Positions 13,815 to 28,212 are shown, counted from the stretch's first letter. The stretch is DNA of 64,000 bases from Octopus vulgaris (GCA_951406725.2 OX597829.1:55304001-55368000), one strand, 5' to 3'. The notes: generated by a model not told the origin, from the letters alone. Translations and numbers: made by a program.

Positions 13815-15870
13815 CAAACAAACAAACAAACAAACAAACAACAACAACAACAACAACAACAACAGCAGCAGCAGCAGCAACAGCAGCGACAACAATAACA
13901 ACTTCAACAGCAACACCAATGATAAGGAAGTGACACTTAGAGAAGGAAAGAAAATTTTAAAAGAAACGTGGACATCACCACCGCCTCCGCTGCTGCCGCT
14001 TAAGTAGTAAAAGGGTGCTACGATGGAGATTTCGTTTGGGATTGCTGCGAGAGGTTTGGAAGATTTCCCCATAGACGAAGAAGCATTGAAATTGGCCAGA
14101 AAAATTATCAAAAGAATTGGAAGAGAAGTAAACCCAAATCCTCCACCCGACATAATCGAAAATATCTTGAGTTGCACGGTTACATACCGTTGCATCGGAG
14201 TAGAATCGTGCCGGGTGGAAAATGATTCTTTGAACCAAATCCCAAAATGCTTTAGGTGTGTGTGAGAACAGAAGACCCACACCAGCCGAGAAAAGAAGTT
14301 TGGACAATTGAAATAAGATTTGAGACTGAAGAAGAAGCCAGGTGCCATTCCGCGATGACTTTGAGGAATGAAGATTTCTTAATCCTCTGCTATCATGGCA
14401 AATTCTTGCTAAAGTTAAGGTGATGAACGTCAGAAATATCCATCACCTGGTTAGTGGTGGCCGTATTGGCAGGTATAGAAGAAGAGAGTGACTATTTTGG
14501 AGGTTAAAAAAAGTACCCCCAAAAAACTGGAACTAACCTAACAATGTAAGCAAACCTGTATCGACGAGCTACCTGGCCCAATAGATCTTCCATATGGCGC
14601 TCATCTGTGAGTAGAAAGTAGAAAGCCAAGATGTCGCTTATGTGGAACTGTGACTCACTTAAAGACTTTCTACCGGCAAACAAGAAAATAAAACTCCCAC
14701 TGCTGCTAACACTACAAACACCAAAAACACAGAATAATGTGGACGCACTCGAGACTCCTACACCCATACCCACACCTAAACCAAAACAACGAAGTTTACT
14801 CTCGGCTACCACGGAAAAGCAAACCTGTCCTGAACTCCGTGATCCCCAAAAAAACAAGAGCAGCAATGGCATGAAGAACGGACCGCACAATGGATCCCTG
14901 TGGGAAAAGGGATGGGCAAAAGAGGAGGTGGGTACATAGCCTAACTTCAAAAACACAACAAAAAGATATACAGAAACCACAACTAAAGCCCAATTCACAA
15001 TCACTCCAACAACAACAACAACAACAACAATGATATAAAAGCAACAACATCATCAACAACAACAGCATGAAAACAGAAACGCAGATACAACCAATAATGA
15101 AACAGCAAAAAAAAAAAAAAAAGAACTGTAGGCGAAATGTAGCCATCAATTTCACTGTTGTGAAGTTGATGGATTTTGTAAAATAGAGACGGAAAGAAAG
15201 GAATTTGAGGATTTTCATCCTCTAAACCCCAAAGGACAAGTTATTAATCAAAATGTCCACAGACGTTTATAAAACGATTCACAAAAAATTACCATGTAGT
15301 GTGGGGATTAAAAAAAAAATCAGTTGACAAAAGACTTTTGGAAGAGCCTTTTAAAAAACATTTGCCAATAGAGAGGCCCGGGGATGGGGTGGTACCGGTT
15401 CGAGGTAAACTCTACAGGTACGGATGTGCTGTTGGACGGGCTTATCCTAGGTGCGCGCAGAGCGACGAAACCGTTGTGCATGCATGCATTCGTTCAGTGT
15501 CTGGGCATTGCTGACTTGTGAAGTTATACCGAACAGCTGTTGCCGCTTGTGGGACGGATCCGTCGGTCGGCCGCCCTCCTTTAATCGGGCCGGCAAGGTA
15601 GTCCTTTGCCTAGTGGTTGTAGTGAAAGCGGTTGTATGGTGGACAAGGCTGGACGGAATGAGGACAGAGACATTCCTCTTTGGTAGAACCCTCTTCGAAT
15701 TTTGCAAGTTTCTTTTGAAAAAGACGGTGAGGGTGGAGAGGGAGGTGCTGTCCTCGAGTAAATTTATCAAAATGGTGGGTGGAAGTAGCGAAAATGTCGA
15801 GAGCAGACTGATTTTGGAGGAGTGTTGCATAGTAGTGTGTGTAAATCCTAAATCAATCATCTCATAGTAT
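13600..15870 (+). mobile_element. Internally deleted Tx1/L1-type LINE: ORF1 remnant followed by the ORF2 C-terminus
   Basis: ORF1-type knuckle remnant ESRKPRCRLCGTVTHLK at ~14610-14665; ORF2 C-terminal PVRGKLYRYG...PRCAQSDETVVHA and VWWTRL at 15390-15660; many stops and frameshifts. Confidence 0.65.
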
Positions 15871-16077
15871 TCATGGCTATCTGTTCGTCGTTCTTTCTTT
15901 TCTTGGTTGGTTTTGTTACGGGTCCGTTTTAACAGCATTTACTTTTTGACAGAACACCGCCAATGGCATGCGTTGATGTTTCTTTCGTATTTATAATTAT
16001 TATTGATGTATAAGTGAGAGACTGAGAAGAAACGGCAATGTGAATATATATATATATATGTATGTATATATATATAT

Positions 16078-16331
16078 ATGTTCTCGAGCAAGGCACTTTA
16101 TTTCACGTTGCTCCAGTTCACTCAGCTGTAGAAATGAGTTGCGACGTCACTGCTGCCAAGTTGTATCGACCTTTGTCTTTCCCTTGGATAACACTGGTGG
16201 CGTGGAGAGGGGGCTGGTATGCATGGGCGACTGCTGGCCTTCCATAAACAACCTTGCCCGGACTTGTGTCTAGGAGGGTAACTTTCTAGGTGCAATCCCA
16301 TGGTCATTCATGACCGAAGGGGTTCTTTACC

Positions 16332-16332
<1 letters not shown>
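16078..16332 (+). mobile_element. Family-C SINE, 5'-truncated
   Basis: Matches 43693-44040 (+) and 28716-28972 (-): gagcaaggcactttatttcacgttgctccagttcactcagctgtagaaatgag. Confidence 0.85.
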
Positions 16333-16383
<51 letters not shown>

Positions 16384-16386
16384 ATG

Positions 16387-16427
<41 letters not shown>

Positions 16428-16429
<2 letters not shown>

Positions 16430-16728
16430 AGAGAATTCATGAAAAAAACAAAAGACAAAGACAGGTGGTGTAGAAAACAAACAGACGTATTAGAATAACG
16501 CTCAGGAATAGAAAAACTCTTTTACGTTTCGAGCCTATGCTCTTCTACAGAAAGGGACACAGAAAGAAACAAGGAGAGAAAAAAATGTGTGTAGTGGCAG
16601 CACTTCTATCATGGCGACTGCTGGACAGAAGGGTCACACAGGAGAGCGAAGAAGTAGGGGAGATAAACGACAAAAGGAAAGACCAGAAAGTACAGGAAAG
16701 ATTAGAAAGTATAAAAATAATAGTAATG

Positions 16729-16730
<2 letters not shown>
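16428..16730 (-). mobile_element. Penelope-like repeat in (TA)n with a degenerate minimal hammerhead (16517-16556)
   Basis: Minus strand reads CTTT-CTGTAGA-A-GAGC ATAG GCTC-GAAAC-GTA-AAAG; flanked by (TA)n. Confidence 0.55.
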
Positions 16731-16777
<47 letters not shown>

Positions 16778-16926
16778 AGAGAGAGAGAGAGAGGGTTTGT
16801 ATAAATATGGATGTATAATTAAAATTTAAAATTACTCATACGTTTGCAGTTTACGTATAGAAATATTGCAGTTCATGTGTTTAGATTTTCACGCACGTGT
16901 TGGTGTGGTGGCGCATCTGAGGAAAG

Positions 16927-16990
<64 letters not shown>

Positions 16991-17149
16991 TCTATTATAA
17001 GAAAAATCTTTCGGTTTTCTGAGATGGCTTACATTAAAACATAGTTTTCTTTCATTGTTTTTTACGGATTCTTAATTCCTGTTTCGTGATAGTTTTAGAT
17101 TTGATCTATCTTCCCGGCAATTTGCTTTCACACGTTCATGCTATTTGCT

Positions 17150-17189
17150 ATCCTCCTCCTCCTCCTCCTCCTCCTCCTCCTCCTCCTCC

Positions 17190-17228
<39 letters not shown>

Positions 17229-17242
17229 CCACCACCACCACC

Positions 17243-17296
<54 letters not shown>

Positions 17297-17378
17297 GTCG
17301 TCGTCATCGTCATCGTTATTGTTATTGTTATTGTTATTGTTTTCGTTGTCGTCGTCGTTGTTGTTGTTGTTGTTGTTC
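17150..17378. repeat. Compound in-register trinucleotide microsatellite CCT-CAT-CAC-CAT-CGT-TGT
   Basis: Direct inspection. Confidence 0.95.
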
Positions 17379-17589
17379 GTCCATCGATTCGTCACGTGAG
17401 CACATCGCTCCGAAGTTTTCTTCTAATTCATATTGCTACACATTGCTACATATTGCTACATTTGTTATCATTACTTCGGTAAGCTAGTCAGGATCTTAGG
17501 GAGACTGCTAGTTTTTCTACCTCTTTAGCCCTTTGGGGCTATTTTGGTGTTTGTTTTGGAATACGACGATTCTCATTTTCTGCTAAAAA

Positions 17590-17741
17590 CCATGGCGAAC
17601 GAGAACTGCCCGTCCTTTGATAGCAACAGCTGGTCATCTGGGGAAAGAGAACAGACAAGTCGTAAAATACACTGACTGCTCTAGCATCAGCAGCATCAGC
17701 AGCAGCATCAGCATCAGCAACAACAGCAGCAACAGCAACAA

Positions 17742-17830
<89 letters not shown>

Positions 17831-20270
17831 GCGTACTTGAAGCGTATGAAGGCAATTTTTCCTTACTTTTAAAATCCCCATCGCCATCGCAGGAACAAAA
17901 GAAATAAATGACAAAAAGCAAACAACACAAGCGAAAACACCGCCACCGCACCGCCACCGCCACCGCCACCGCACCGCCACCGCACCGCCACCGCACCGCC
18001 ACCGCCACCGCCACCGCACCGCCACCGCACCGCCACTGCCACCGCACCGCCACTGCCACCGCACCGCCACTGCCACCGCACCGCCACTGTCACCGCACCG
18101 CCACTGCCACCGCACCGCCACTGCCACCGCACCGCCACTGCCACCGCACCGCCACTGCCACCGCACCGCCACTGCCACCGCACCGCCACTGCCACCGCAC
18201 CGCCACAGCCAATGGCAGCAGCAAGTTCCCTAAAAACAACAGCATAAAAATCCCCTCAAATAACAACTTTATAAAAAAAAAAACTCTGCAAGATTCAACC
18301 CCCACCTCCGTGTTCGGAGCAATCATATATGTCCTGCGGTGGGGGGGGGGGGGAAAGAAGAGGACTCTAAGTGACAAAAGGTTTGCAGATCAAACAAAAG
18401 GAAAAGAAACAAAGTAACACTGATACCAACACATAAAACTGGCAGATATGACCATAGTGGAGAGACACCGTCGAAAAGAAATTCTCAAACACCGCCCTCA
18501 CTCGCCAACCGCCAACAGCAGTCATACCAGTACCGAAAATAACATCACCTCCATTACTGTCACCACCACCACCACCACCACCACCACCACCACCACCACC
18601 ACCACCACCACTATCACTATCACAGATATCATCATCGCAAGCACAACACAGTTCACACACACACAACTTACAGATCGCACATCTCAACACAGCAGAAGTC
18701 AAACATTTTGAACTACCCACACCAATAGACACCATCAATAAAAAACAAATGAATCACATACATTACATACAGACATTACACACTTTGAACTTATCACATC
18801 AAGAAACAAACAACGAACCAACACATATTAAAGTCATATAAATATCACAACAAACATACACCATAAAAAATAAAATACCCTGATAGAGTAGGGCCTTTCC
18901 AGACAGACATTAATAAAAACGTATATAAAGAACTGCTCGTGGAAACATCCACACATACCTATGGGAACGGAACATCCATTCCCTTCTCTCCAACTAAATT
19001 ACTGTAAGTAGATGTTTACGCTTCTATACTTTGATCTAACATGACCTTGCTCAGAGTAGGCAGTATAAATACACGTGACCTGAGGTCGCCTTGGCAACAA
19101 GGCCATCTACTCAACGACATCTGATCTCTAAGTGTAGGTTTTTGTGGCCATCAGTGAAACCAGACTCTCCGACCGACAAGCTTTCATGTCCATTTTCGGT
19201 GGATACGAGACATATTTATCTCCATGTCAACCGGGAATGGGGGATGGAACGGCAGTGTTGTTCCGGATAGGCCTGAATCTCAAGATAAGAACTATATTCA
19301 TGGGTCCATACGGTACGTTGGTGGGTCCTAGACGTGAACAGTAGCAACGAGCATGCCTTCAGACTGGTGACTGTTTATGCTCCGACAGGAGCAGGGCATC
19401 CGGCATTATTCAGACGCCTGAGGTTTTCCTAGTAACGTCCCGGCCTTTAGTGTTAGTGGGCGACTGGAACGCAGTCTTAGAGCCACGTTTAGACTGTGTT
19501 GGGCTAGCGTAAAGAAGAGGGGGTAGTAAAAGTCTCAGAAACCTGGTCAAACATTTCCAGCTGTCTGACAAGTATCGACTAGATCTTTCAGATATGTCAC
19601 TGTGGACGTGGACGAACCGCATGGAGTCATCCAGGTCGTATCTAGACAGAGTATTCTGTAGGACAATAGATAAAGCTAGTATAAGTTCATTTTTCAAACT
19701 GGTCGGCTATACAGACCACAAATTTGAGATTTGTAAGGTCGGCCTAAATAGGCTTAGAAGGCTACTGAAAGTTGAATGCATCACTTTCAGCGTGCCAAGC
19801 TTACAGAGACTGGATCAAAGAATTAGTTAAGTGGGCGTTAACGGGGGAAATCGTCAACAAGAAATGGTGGTTTACTCTGAAAATGGTAATTAGAGTAGAA
19901 TCAGTTAGGTTTAGTAAGTCAATAGTGATAGAAAAGAGTAAAATATGAAGGAACTTAGAAACAAGAAGAGGAACTTAGGAAAGGAATTGCAACTGACGTT
20001 CTGGCTGCGAGATTGGCCCTCGACTAATTCTTTAACGCTAAACACAAAGGTTGCAAAGGTACGTACGCTAAAGCAAGAGGAAATAAAAGCTTTCGATAGG
20101 GTTGACCACCAATACTTGGAGCCCGTTCTCACAGCAGCTGGTTTCTGTCCCATTTTCCGTGGATGGATCGCTGCAGTGTACAGCAACATTTGGTCGGTAG
20201 AATGGTGACCTATCGGAACAAATCAACATCATGCGTTCGGTTTGTTAAGGGTGTTCCCTCTCGGCCTATG
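17590..20270 (+). mobile_element. Decayed Tx1/L1-type LINE: low-complexity ORF1 remnant plus ORF2 (APE endonuclease, partial RT)
   Basis: ORF2 ATG at 19041 (MTLLRVGSINTRDL); VAISET, VYAP, LVGDWNAVL, SYLDRV and TDHK APE motifs; RT motif KAFDRVDH at ~20086 after an internal deletion. The ORF1 assignment is weaker. Confidence 0.8.
17937..18205. repeat. GC-rich minisatellite, 17-bp unit GCCACCGCACCGCCACT
   Basis: Direct inspection; grades in from (CCACCG)n-like units. Confidence 0.9.
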
Positions 20271-20574
20271 TTTCCAGAGGTCAATTATTCAAACCCCAAA
20301 GAATCCCTCTCAACACATGGCTATGATGCTCCTCCACTACTTCTGCTCGTGATCAGAGATGCACATATCGTCAGCCACCAAGGGACATGATCAACTGGTT
20401 AAGGTCAAACAACTGACAAGCAAATCTGTGGTATTGAGCAGAATATTTGCTGTAAAACCCATCTTTTATACAAGGACAAAACAATGTACAGGATAACACT
20501 TCCAATCAGTTAAGATCAGAAGCCATGAGAGCCACTGTCTGGCATTGAAGCCACGAGAGCCACTGCCTCAGGGC

Positions 20575-21025
<451 letters not shown>

Positions 21026-21793
21026 TAATATATACTACAATCTTTCAGAACAGATCAATTGATTAATATTTATTAATATTTATTTATTGATGTTTTTATT
21101 TCTATTTTCTTATTTGTTCTTTTTTTTTGTTTTCATTGTTTCCCTCATAATATTCCCTTTACAATCTGTGTTGCCTTTGTAAAAGACTCTATACAAGACA
21201 CATTTTAGGTAAGCAACAATTCTTGTGAAGAAAATAACAATTTGTCTAAAAAATACCGTTAATACTTATTTTAAGTGGGAATTTTGTTTTTTGAAGTTCA
21301 TATAATGTTTTGCTAATGGCTACCAATGGAAATGGCATCTGTCACACGGTGATTGCTGTTTGGAGCTAAACCACATGGCTACACATGGGAACTCAGCTCG
21401 GTGAACACAACAACCAGCGAAGAATTACTGATATAAGAATAGAAAAAAAGACCATGTATATAACACATACACATACACATTATTTCACAAGAAGTATTTT
21501 TTCTTATTGGGGTATCAAACCCTGAAACTTTATTCGGTCATTATGTAACATGCTTTGGTGAAATTATAATCTCCCTTTTAAATGTTACTTCTATTGTCTT
21601 TTCTTTGGTATTTTAAAGTGAACACAGATCTGAATGTCATATTTTTATTTAGCATTTCATTGTGTGATTAAAGGTCAACAGAGGCGTAAAGAAAACTATT
21701 GACATCACTGACATAGTTTCGCCGAATGCCCTACTCACACTTAAGTTTCACTTACATTTAATGTTCCTACATGTCTGAAGCCAATAATTATGC

Positions 21794-21873
<80 letters not shown>

Positions 21874-23754
21874 AAAAGATAAAGAAAGAAAGAGAGAGAA
21901 AGAGAGCAAGAAAAAATAGAGAGAAAGAGAAAGAAAGAGATAAAGAGAAAAAAGAGATAGAGAAAGAAAAAGATAGCTAGATAGATAGAGAGAGAGAGAG
22001 AGGGGGGGAGATAGATAGATAGATAGATAGAGAGACTTTAGACAGAACTGAGTATATATATAATAAGAATAAAGAATCAATTTGTCAAAACTGAAGTCGT
22101 AATGTCTTAATCAAATCCTATTTGTAACATTATAAAATACCAGAATAAAATTTTGTTAGTTTCGGACAAGAAATTTAGTGATTAATAAATGTTCAATAAT
22201 ATTCTAAACATCAAAGCATCAAATGCTGACGCACACAGTGTTGACAAAAGTGGGTGTCAGGAACATGAAGGAAAAAAAAATGAAAAAAGCTGCATCGGCA
22301 CAATCTTCAATGCTGTAATCTAACATAAAAAAGAAACCTTTCGATGGATGTAGGTCAAAGGCAGGCAACTTATCTTTTGTGCCCTGATGTTCTTTCCTGA
22401 CATCGAATATAACGATAAACCTTTGTCGTCGAAGTTTTCAGAGGTGAAGGACAAATAATGAAAACGATGAAGGAGAGAGTAGGTGTCCAGTCGACATGCT
22501 TCCACGGAATCCAGACTTTTGGGTATTGAGTGAGGGTCAAAGGAATTGTCAGAAAACAAAAAACAAACAAACAAACGAACTGCTTTTGTTACATTTCAAA
22601 TGTGGAAGTGAAATTAATAGCAGCTCGGTAATTAGCGGGGATCATAAATGTAGCCGATTTGGTCGGGGGTGGGGGTGGGGGGAGAGACATATTGTGGCTT
22701 GTTTTCAAAGGTTAGGATACACTACAAAAGGGAGATGTAGAGACAGATGGATAGAGTGAAAGAGAGAGAAGGGGAGGGAGTGAAGGAGCGAAAGAAAGGG
22801 AGCGAAAGAGAGAAGGGAAGGGAGAGAGAGAGAGAGAGAGAAATGCAAATGAGATATTAAACTAATTTATGATAATTGAATGAGTTTCTGAGTTGTAGGG
22901 CAGCAGACGAACTTAGAGACAGAGAGACCTTTTAGAGTCAATATTGCTGAAAATTGAATGAATTGTCCTTCTTGGAGACTGGCTCCGAATGGGAAACGTT
23001 TTCCATCTACACCCTTCGAGAGATGCAAGGAGGAAGTACATTGGGAAGTTTTGCATAAGAGTCGTGTTATTCTAATACCGGAAATTAAATCTGAATGACT
23101 GGAACAAAGAGAACTGTACAGAAGGCACCCAAAGGCCAAACGGTGGTCCCATCCACCCTACAAAAAACATAATAACTCAGAAAAAGAAAGAAAATTTTAT
23201 CGTGATAGCAGCGCTAGAATTTCATTAGACTCAGAGCTCTCTCTTCTCTCTTCTCTCTCTGCAATATGTTTTCGGTTCGTGTTATTTCGTGTTACTTCGT
23301 TGTAAAAGCCATATATCCCTCTTTGGATGATCTGCTGATAGACGACTGGAAGTTTCCATGCCAACCAGAAGATTAGGAATCAGGAATAGAAAGAAAAAGA
23401 TGGAGACAGAGTTAGATAGACCATTAGATAGATTAAAGAGAGATCAAGAGAGATCAAGGGAGAGAGAGAGAAAGAGAGAAAGAGGAGAGAGAATGAGATG
23501 GATGAAATATAGATGGAGTGAGATGTGGATGGATATAAGTAGTCCATTCTTGGCACTCGGCGTGCTACTACGACAGTCTCTGCTTCTCTGAAGCTGTAGA
23601 CTGATATCACTTAAAGATTATTATTTGACTGGTTGACCATTCTTTAATTGCCATATCCTGGCATAATGAATCTTCGAGAGGCAATACCTCGGGAGGGGGG
23701 GGAGCGTGAGGCAAGAACACAGACTCATTTTCCCGATACACTACTACGATCAAA

Positions 23755-23998
23755 ACCACCACCACCACCACAACAACAACAACAACAAAAAACAACAACA
23801 ACAGCAACCACCGCAACAATCGCAACCACCATCACTACCACAATCACCATTAGTACTACCGCCACCACCATCACGACCACGGCCATCACAACTACCACCG
23901 CAACTACCATCATAACCACCGCCACCACAATCACTACCACCACAACCACCACCAACACCATCACCACTATCACCACCACTACCACCACCACAACCACC

Positions 23999-24030
<32 letters not shown>

Positions 24031-24160
24031 CCACCGCAACAATCGGAACCACCATCACCACCACTACCACAACCACCACCAACACCATCGCCATCAACAG
24101 CACTACCACCACCACCACTACAACCACTACCTCTGCTGCCGTCACCGTTACCATCACCAT

Positions 24161-24192
<32 letters not shown>

Positions 24193-24200
24193 CTACCATT
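23755..24200. repeat. Degenerate (CAC/CAA/CAG)n low-complexity tract
   Basis: Direct inspection. Confidence 0.9.
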
Positions 24201-24802
24201 GTTACAATGGTTGGTATCCGAGTAGGTCTAATGTAAACCACAATCAGATCGAAGACGAAAAACGCATAACGAAACACGCTGTCCCTACAAATCATTAACA
24301 TATCGCATATCGATAATACTTTGCAATATCATTTGTTCAGTTATTGTAGTGTTCATATTTTTGGTGTATATCCTTTTTTCCCCACAAAAGTATTGCAGTA
24401 ATAATGCATAATGCAGATACATATACTTATGTACATATTTTCTTTGTGTGCTGACTTGGCGATTCTCCAGATTGAGTAAACTTGGGTAATGATTATTCAG
24501 CGGAGCGTTTCAGGGTGACAACTCGTCAGGTGACCCACCGGCTGCATACCACCAAAAAAGTACCTCCACTCCGTCACTCGTCATTCAGATTCTGAACTAA
24601 CCATTTCACTACATCTCGTCTCCTCCTCACAAAATTATCACTCAACTCACGTTTTGCTCCCTTTTCTTTTCTTTATTTTTCTCTGAAGATGTCGACATAC
24701 AGATGTCCAAAAACTGAATATAAACCATAATATTCTCGTCACCCTTATCAACCGCACCAACTTGAATTGGTCATGAGGACAACCCGTTCCTCTTGAATAA
24801 GT

Positions 24803-24848
<46 letters not shown>

Positions 24849-24914
24849 AGCAGCAGCAAGAGCAGCAGCAGCAGCAACAACAACAACAATTACCTCGACA
24901 GCTTTAGACAAATT

Positions 24915-25285
24915 GGCAGAGGTGTGGCTGTGTGGTAAGAACGACATGGTTCCGGGTTCACTCCGACTACGTGGCACCTTGGGCAAGTGTCTTCTAGTAT
25001 AGCTTCGGATAGACCAAAGCCTTGGTAGACGGAAACTGAAAGAAGCCCATCGTATATGCGTGTGTGTGTATGTGTGCGTGCTTTTCATCCAATACCGCTT
25101 GACAACCGGTGTTGATGTGTTTACGTCCCTGCAACTTCCCGATTCGGCAAATATGAAACTGATAAAATAAGTACCAAGCTTTAAAAAAAAAACACAAGTA
25201 GTGTGTTCGATTCATTCGACAAAAAATTCTTCAAGGCGGTGCCCCAGCATGGCCGTAGTCCAATGACTGAAACAAGTAAAAAATA
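24915..25285 (+). mobile_element. Near full-length family-B CORE-type SINE
   Basis: ggcagaggtgtggctgtgtggtaaga head, ccgggttcactcc B-box-like motif, accttgggcaagtgtcttcta core, gactgaaacaagtaaaa tail. Confidence 0.85.
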
Positions 25286-26193
25286 AAAAACAAAAAAAAA
25301 CATTTCACTGTCCATCAATTACGCTGAATTTAAGATAATAACATCTTTCCATTAAGAAATTATTTTGCTAGATTTTGTTTTGTGTTCAGTGACGTCGTTT
25401 CAGTTTTGATTAGAGAAATTTAGAACAACGTTATTCCGTATCCACTTTTCGCTGGGTTTGTTCAGAACAATATTTGTCAATAAGAGAATGTAATAAAGAA
25501 CTTTTAAGAGATTTCCCTTTTCGATATATGTTGGAAATATTTAGAAAACCGTTCAGAAAACAGGATAAATTGATGTGAAATACGTAGAAATGTGCCAGAA
25601 TTTCGGATATTTAATAAACGGTTTTATTAAACAGCGTATTGCGGTCTCTTGTGTTAGAATTACTTCACTGCCTGTTGCAAATGTTTAATAATGAAACGTG
25701 CTAAATTTATCTCGGTTAACTTGTTAAACTTTGAAATGTTTTACTTGTAGTAGAACGCAAGAGGCCTTAATCTGATGGGAAATTAAATGTATTTTCGTTG
25801 AAGTATCCTAGCCTAGTTGGAAGCACTGCATAGCCTATTTTTCGAATACCTTTCTCACGACACCACTTTTTTATTTTACTGTTTTATTTTAACCAACATT
25901 CCTCGAATAAATGTTTGTTTAAAATCAGCGAAACAAATTACACACTATGTGACATACAGCTGCCAGAGGGTTTATTTATTCATTGAAGTAAGCATTTTTA
26001 GAATATACGAGTGATATTAGTCTATCTATGTGAAAGTGGTGTCACTATATATTGTTTTATAGTAATAGTTGAAATCCCGATTAGGAGTCGCTTAAATATA
26101 TATTGAGGAGAAAACCATTTAAACAATTTACCATTTTCGAGAAATCAACCGAAGAAAATTCGTAAACATTGACTGCGTTATGTTACGTTTTGT

Positions 26194-27000
26194 TATGTAT
26201 GTATGTGTGTATATGCGTGTGTATGTATGTATGTATGTATGTATGTATGTATGTATGTATGTATGTATGTGTGTATGTATGTATGTATGTATGTATATGC
26301 GTGTGTATGTATGTATGTATGTATGTATGTATGTATGTATGTATGTATGTATGTATGTATGTATGTATGTATGTACGTACGTATGTACGTACGTACGTAT
26401 GTATGTATGTACGTATGTATGTATGTATGTATGTATGTATGTATGTATGTATGTATGTATGTATGTATGTATGTATGTATGTATATGCGTGTGTATGTAT
26501 GTATGTATGTATGTATGTTTGTATGTATGTATGTATGTATGTATGTATGTACGTACGTATGTACGTACGTACGTATGTATGTATGTACGTATGTATGTAT
26601 GTATGTATGTATGTATGTATGTATGTATGTATGTATGTTTGTATGTATGTATGTATGTATGTATTATGTATGTATGTATGTATGTATGTATGAATGTATG
26701 TGTGTGTGTATGTGTGTGTATGTATTATGTATGTATGTATGTGTGTATGTATGTATGTATGTATTATGTATGTATGTATGTATGTATGTATGTATATGCG
26801 TGTGTATGTATGTTTGTATGTATGTATGTATGTATGTATGTATGTATGTATGTGCGTCTGTATGTATGTATGTTTGTATGTATGTATGTAAGCACGTATG
26901 TGCGTGTGTATGTATGTATGTATGAATGTTTGTGTGTGTGTGCGTATGTGTGTATGAGTATGTGTGTGTGTGCGTGCGTGTGTATGTGTGCGTTTGTATG
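26194..27000. repeat. (TATG)n array with TACG and TG variants
   Basis: Direct inspection. Confidence 0.95.
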
Positions 27001-27133
27001 TATGTATTTATGTAATACACACACTCACACACACACATATATATATGCATGTTTCTATATGTGTATGTATATACATATATGTACATAAGTTTGTATATAA
27101 GTATGTATTTATGCATACTAACACACACACACA

Positions 27134-27194
<61 letters not shown>

Positions 27195-27289
27195 TTCTAT
27201 GTGTGTGTATATACATAAATGTACATAAGTGTGTATTTATGTACATATATATATATATACATGTATAAAAAATATATTAAAAAATACAT

Positions 27290-27395
27290 AATGGGACAAG
27301 AACGCAAAGCATTCAAATAGACGACACAAAAAACGGACGGGTCATTCGAAGCGTCTAATCTTCAGTCAAGAACCGGATCATCCTCGCAATTTCGG

Positions 27396-27400
<5 letters not shown>
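27290..27400 (-). mobile_element. Fragment of an interspersed repeat also present at 41190-41420 (+), embedded in (TA)n
   Basis: Reverse complement matches atcagccgaaattgcga.gatgatccggttcttgactga.gatt at ~41307-41420. Confidence 0.7.
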
Positions 27401-27432
<32 letters not shown>

Positions 27433-27724
27433 AAGCAAAAAACAACAGAATAAAAACAAAGAAAACATACTCATTGTATACTCACCGACACATTTACTGT
27501 GGACACCGACAAGCACGTACACTCGTGCATGACCGCACGTGCATACGCTCAAAAATGTACGCACTGCGCGCACGCACCCATGTACGGTCGCACGTACGCA
27601 CACACACACACACACACACACACAACACACACATTGGTGCGCAGGCGAAAATTTGATAATTCGTATTTCAGTAAAAGCAAGTCATTTTACTTGGAATCTT
27701 CATAGATATATTATCTTTCCACAT

Positions 27725-27930
27725 ATTTCAGGCATTGGACTGCGGCCATGCTGGGGCATCGCCTTGAAGCATTTTTAAGTCGAATGTATCGATCCCGGTA
27801 GTTATTTTCTTTTAAAGCCTAGTAGTTATTCTATCGGAATCTTTTTGCCAAACCGCTAAGTTACGGGAACACACCAGCAACGGTTGTCAAGTGGTGATGG
27901 GGGGGACAAACACAGATACAAAAACATACG
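27725..27930 (-). mobile_element. Family-B SINE 3' half
   Basis: ggactgcggccatgctggggcatcgccttgaag...ccgctaagttacggg. Confidence 0.8.
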
Positions 27931-28212
27931 CATATATATATAAGAAAAACGGTAAATGAAAGACGGAAAATAGTATATACGAGAATTTTTATTACTAATC
28001 ACGACAATTGTTTCGACACATCTAGCATCGATTCCGTGAAAGTGACCGCGCTTTACCAGTAACCATTCGTTTTATTATATTTACATATATATATATTGAT
28101 ATACGTATAGCCAATTTGAGGATGTAAGATTCTCCTTAAGGATTATAAATTCCAGAGATCAATTGGTGTTATCGATTATATATTGGGAGAATTCTCTCAA
28201 CATATAGGGATA

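Noticed and set aside
15447-15938. 163-aa minus-strand ORF as a host gene
   Set aside because: It is antisense to the LINE ORF2 C-terminus, which is recognisable on the plus strand.
17086-18417. Poly-His, poly-Ser, poly-Leu and Pro/Ala-rich ORFs, also at 958-1329, 20545-21066, 23648-24301 and 55508-55906
   Set aside because: Trinucleotide or minisatellite repeats with overlapping ORFs in several frames and no domain content.
21270-21452. Minus-strand splice-acceptor-like site (ttttttctattcttatatcag) and a possible exon
   Set aside because: All three frames hit stops quickly and there is no convincing donor; unsupported without RNA data.
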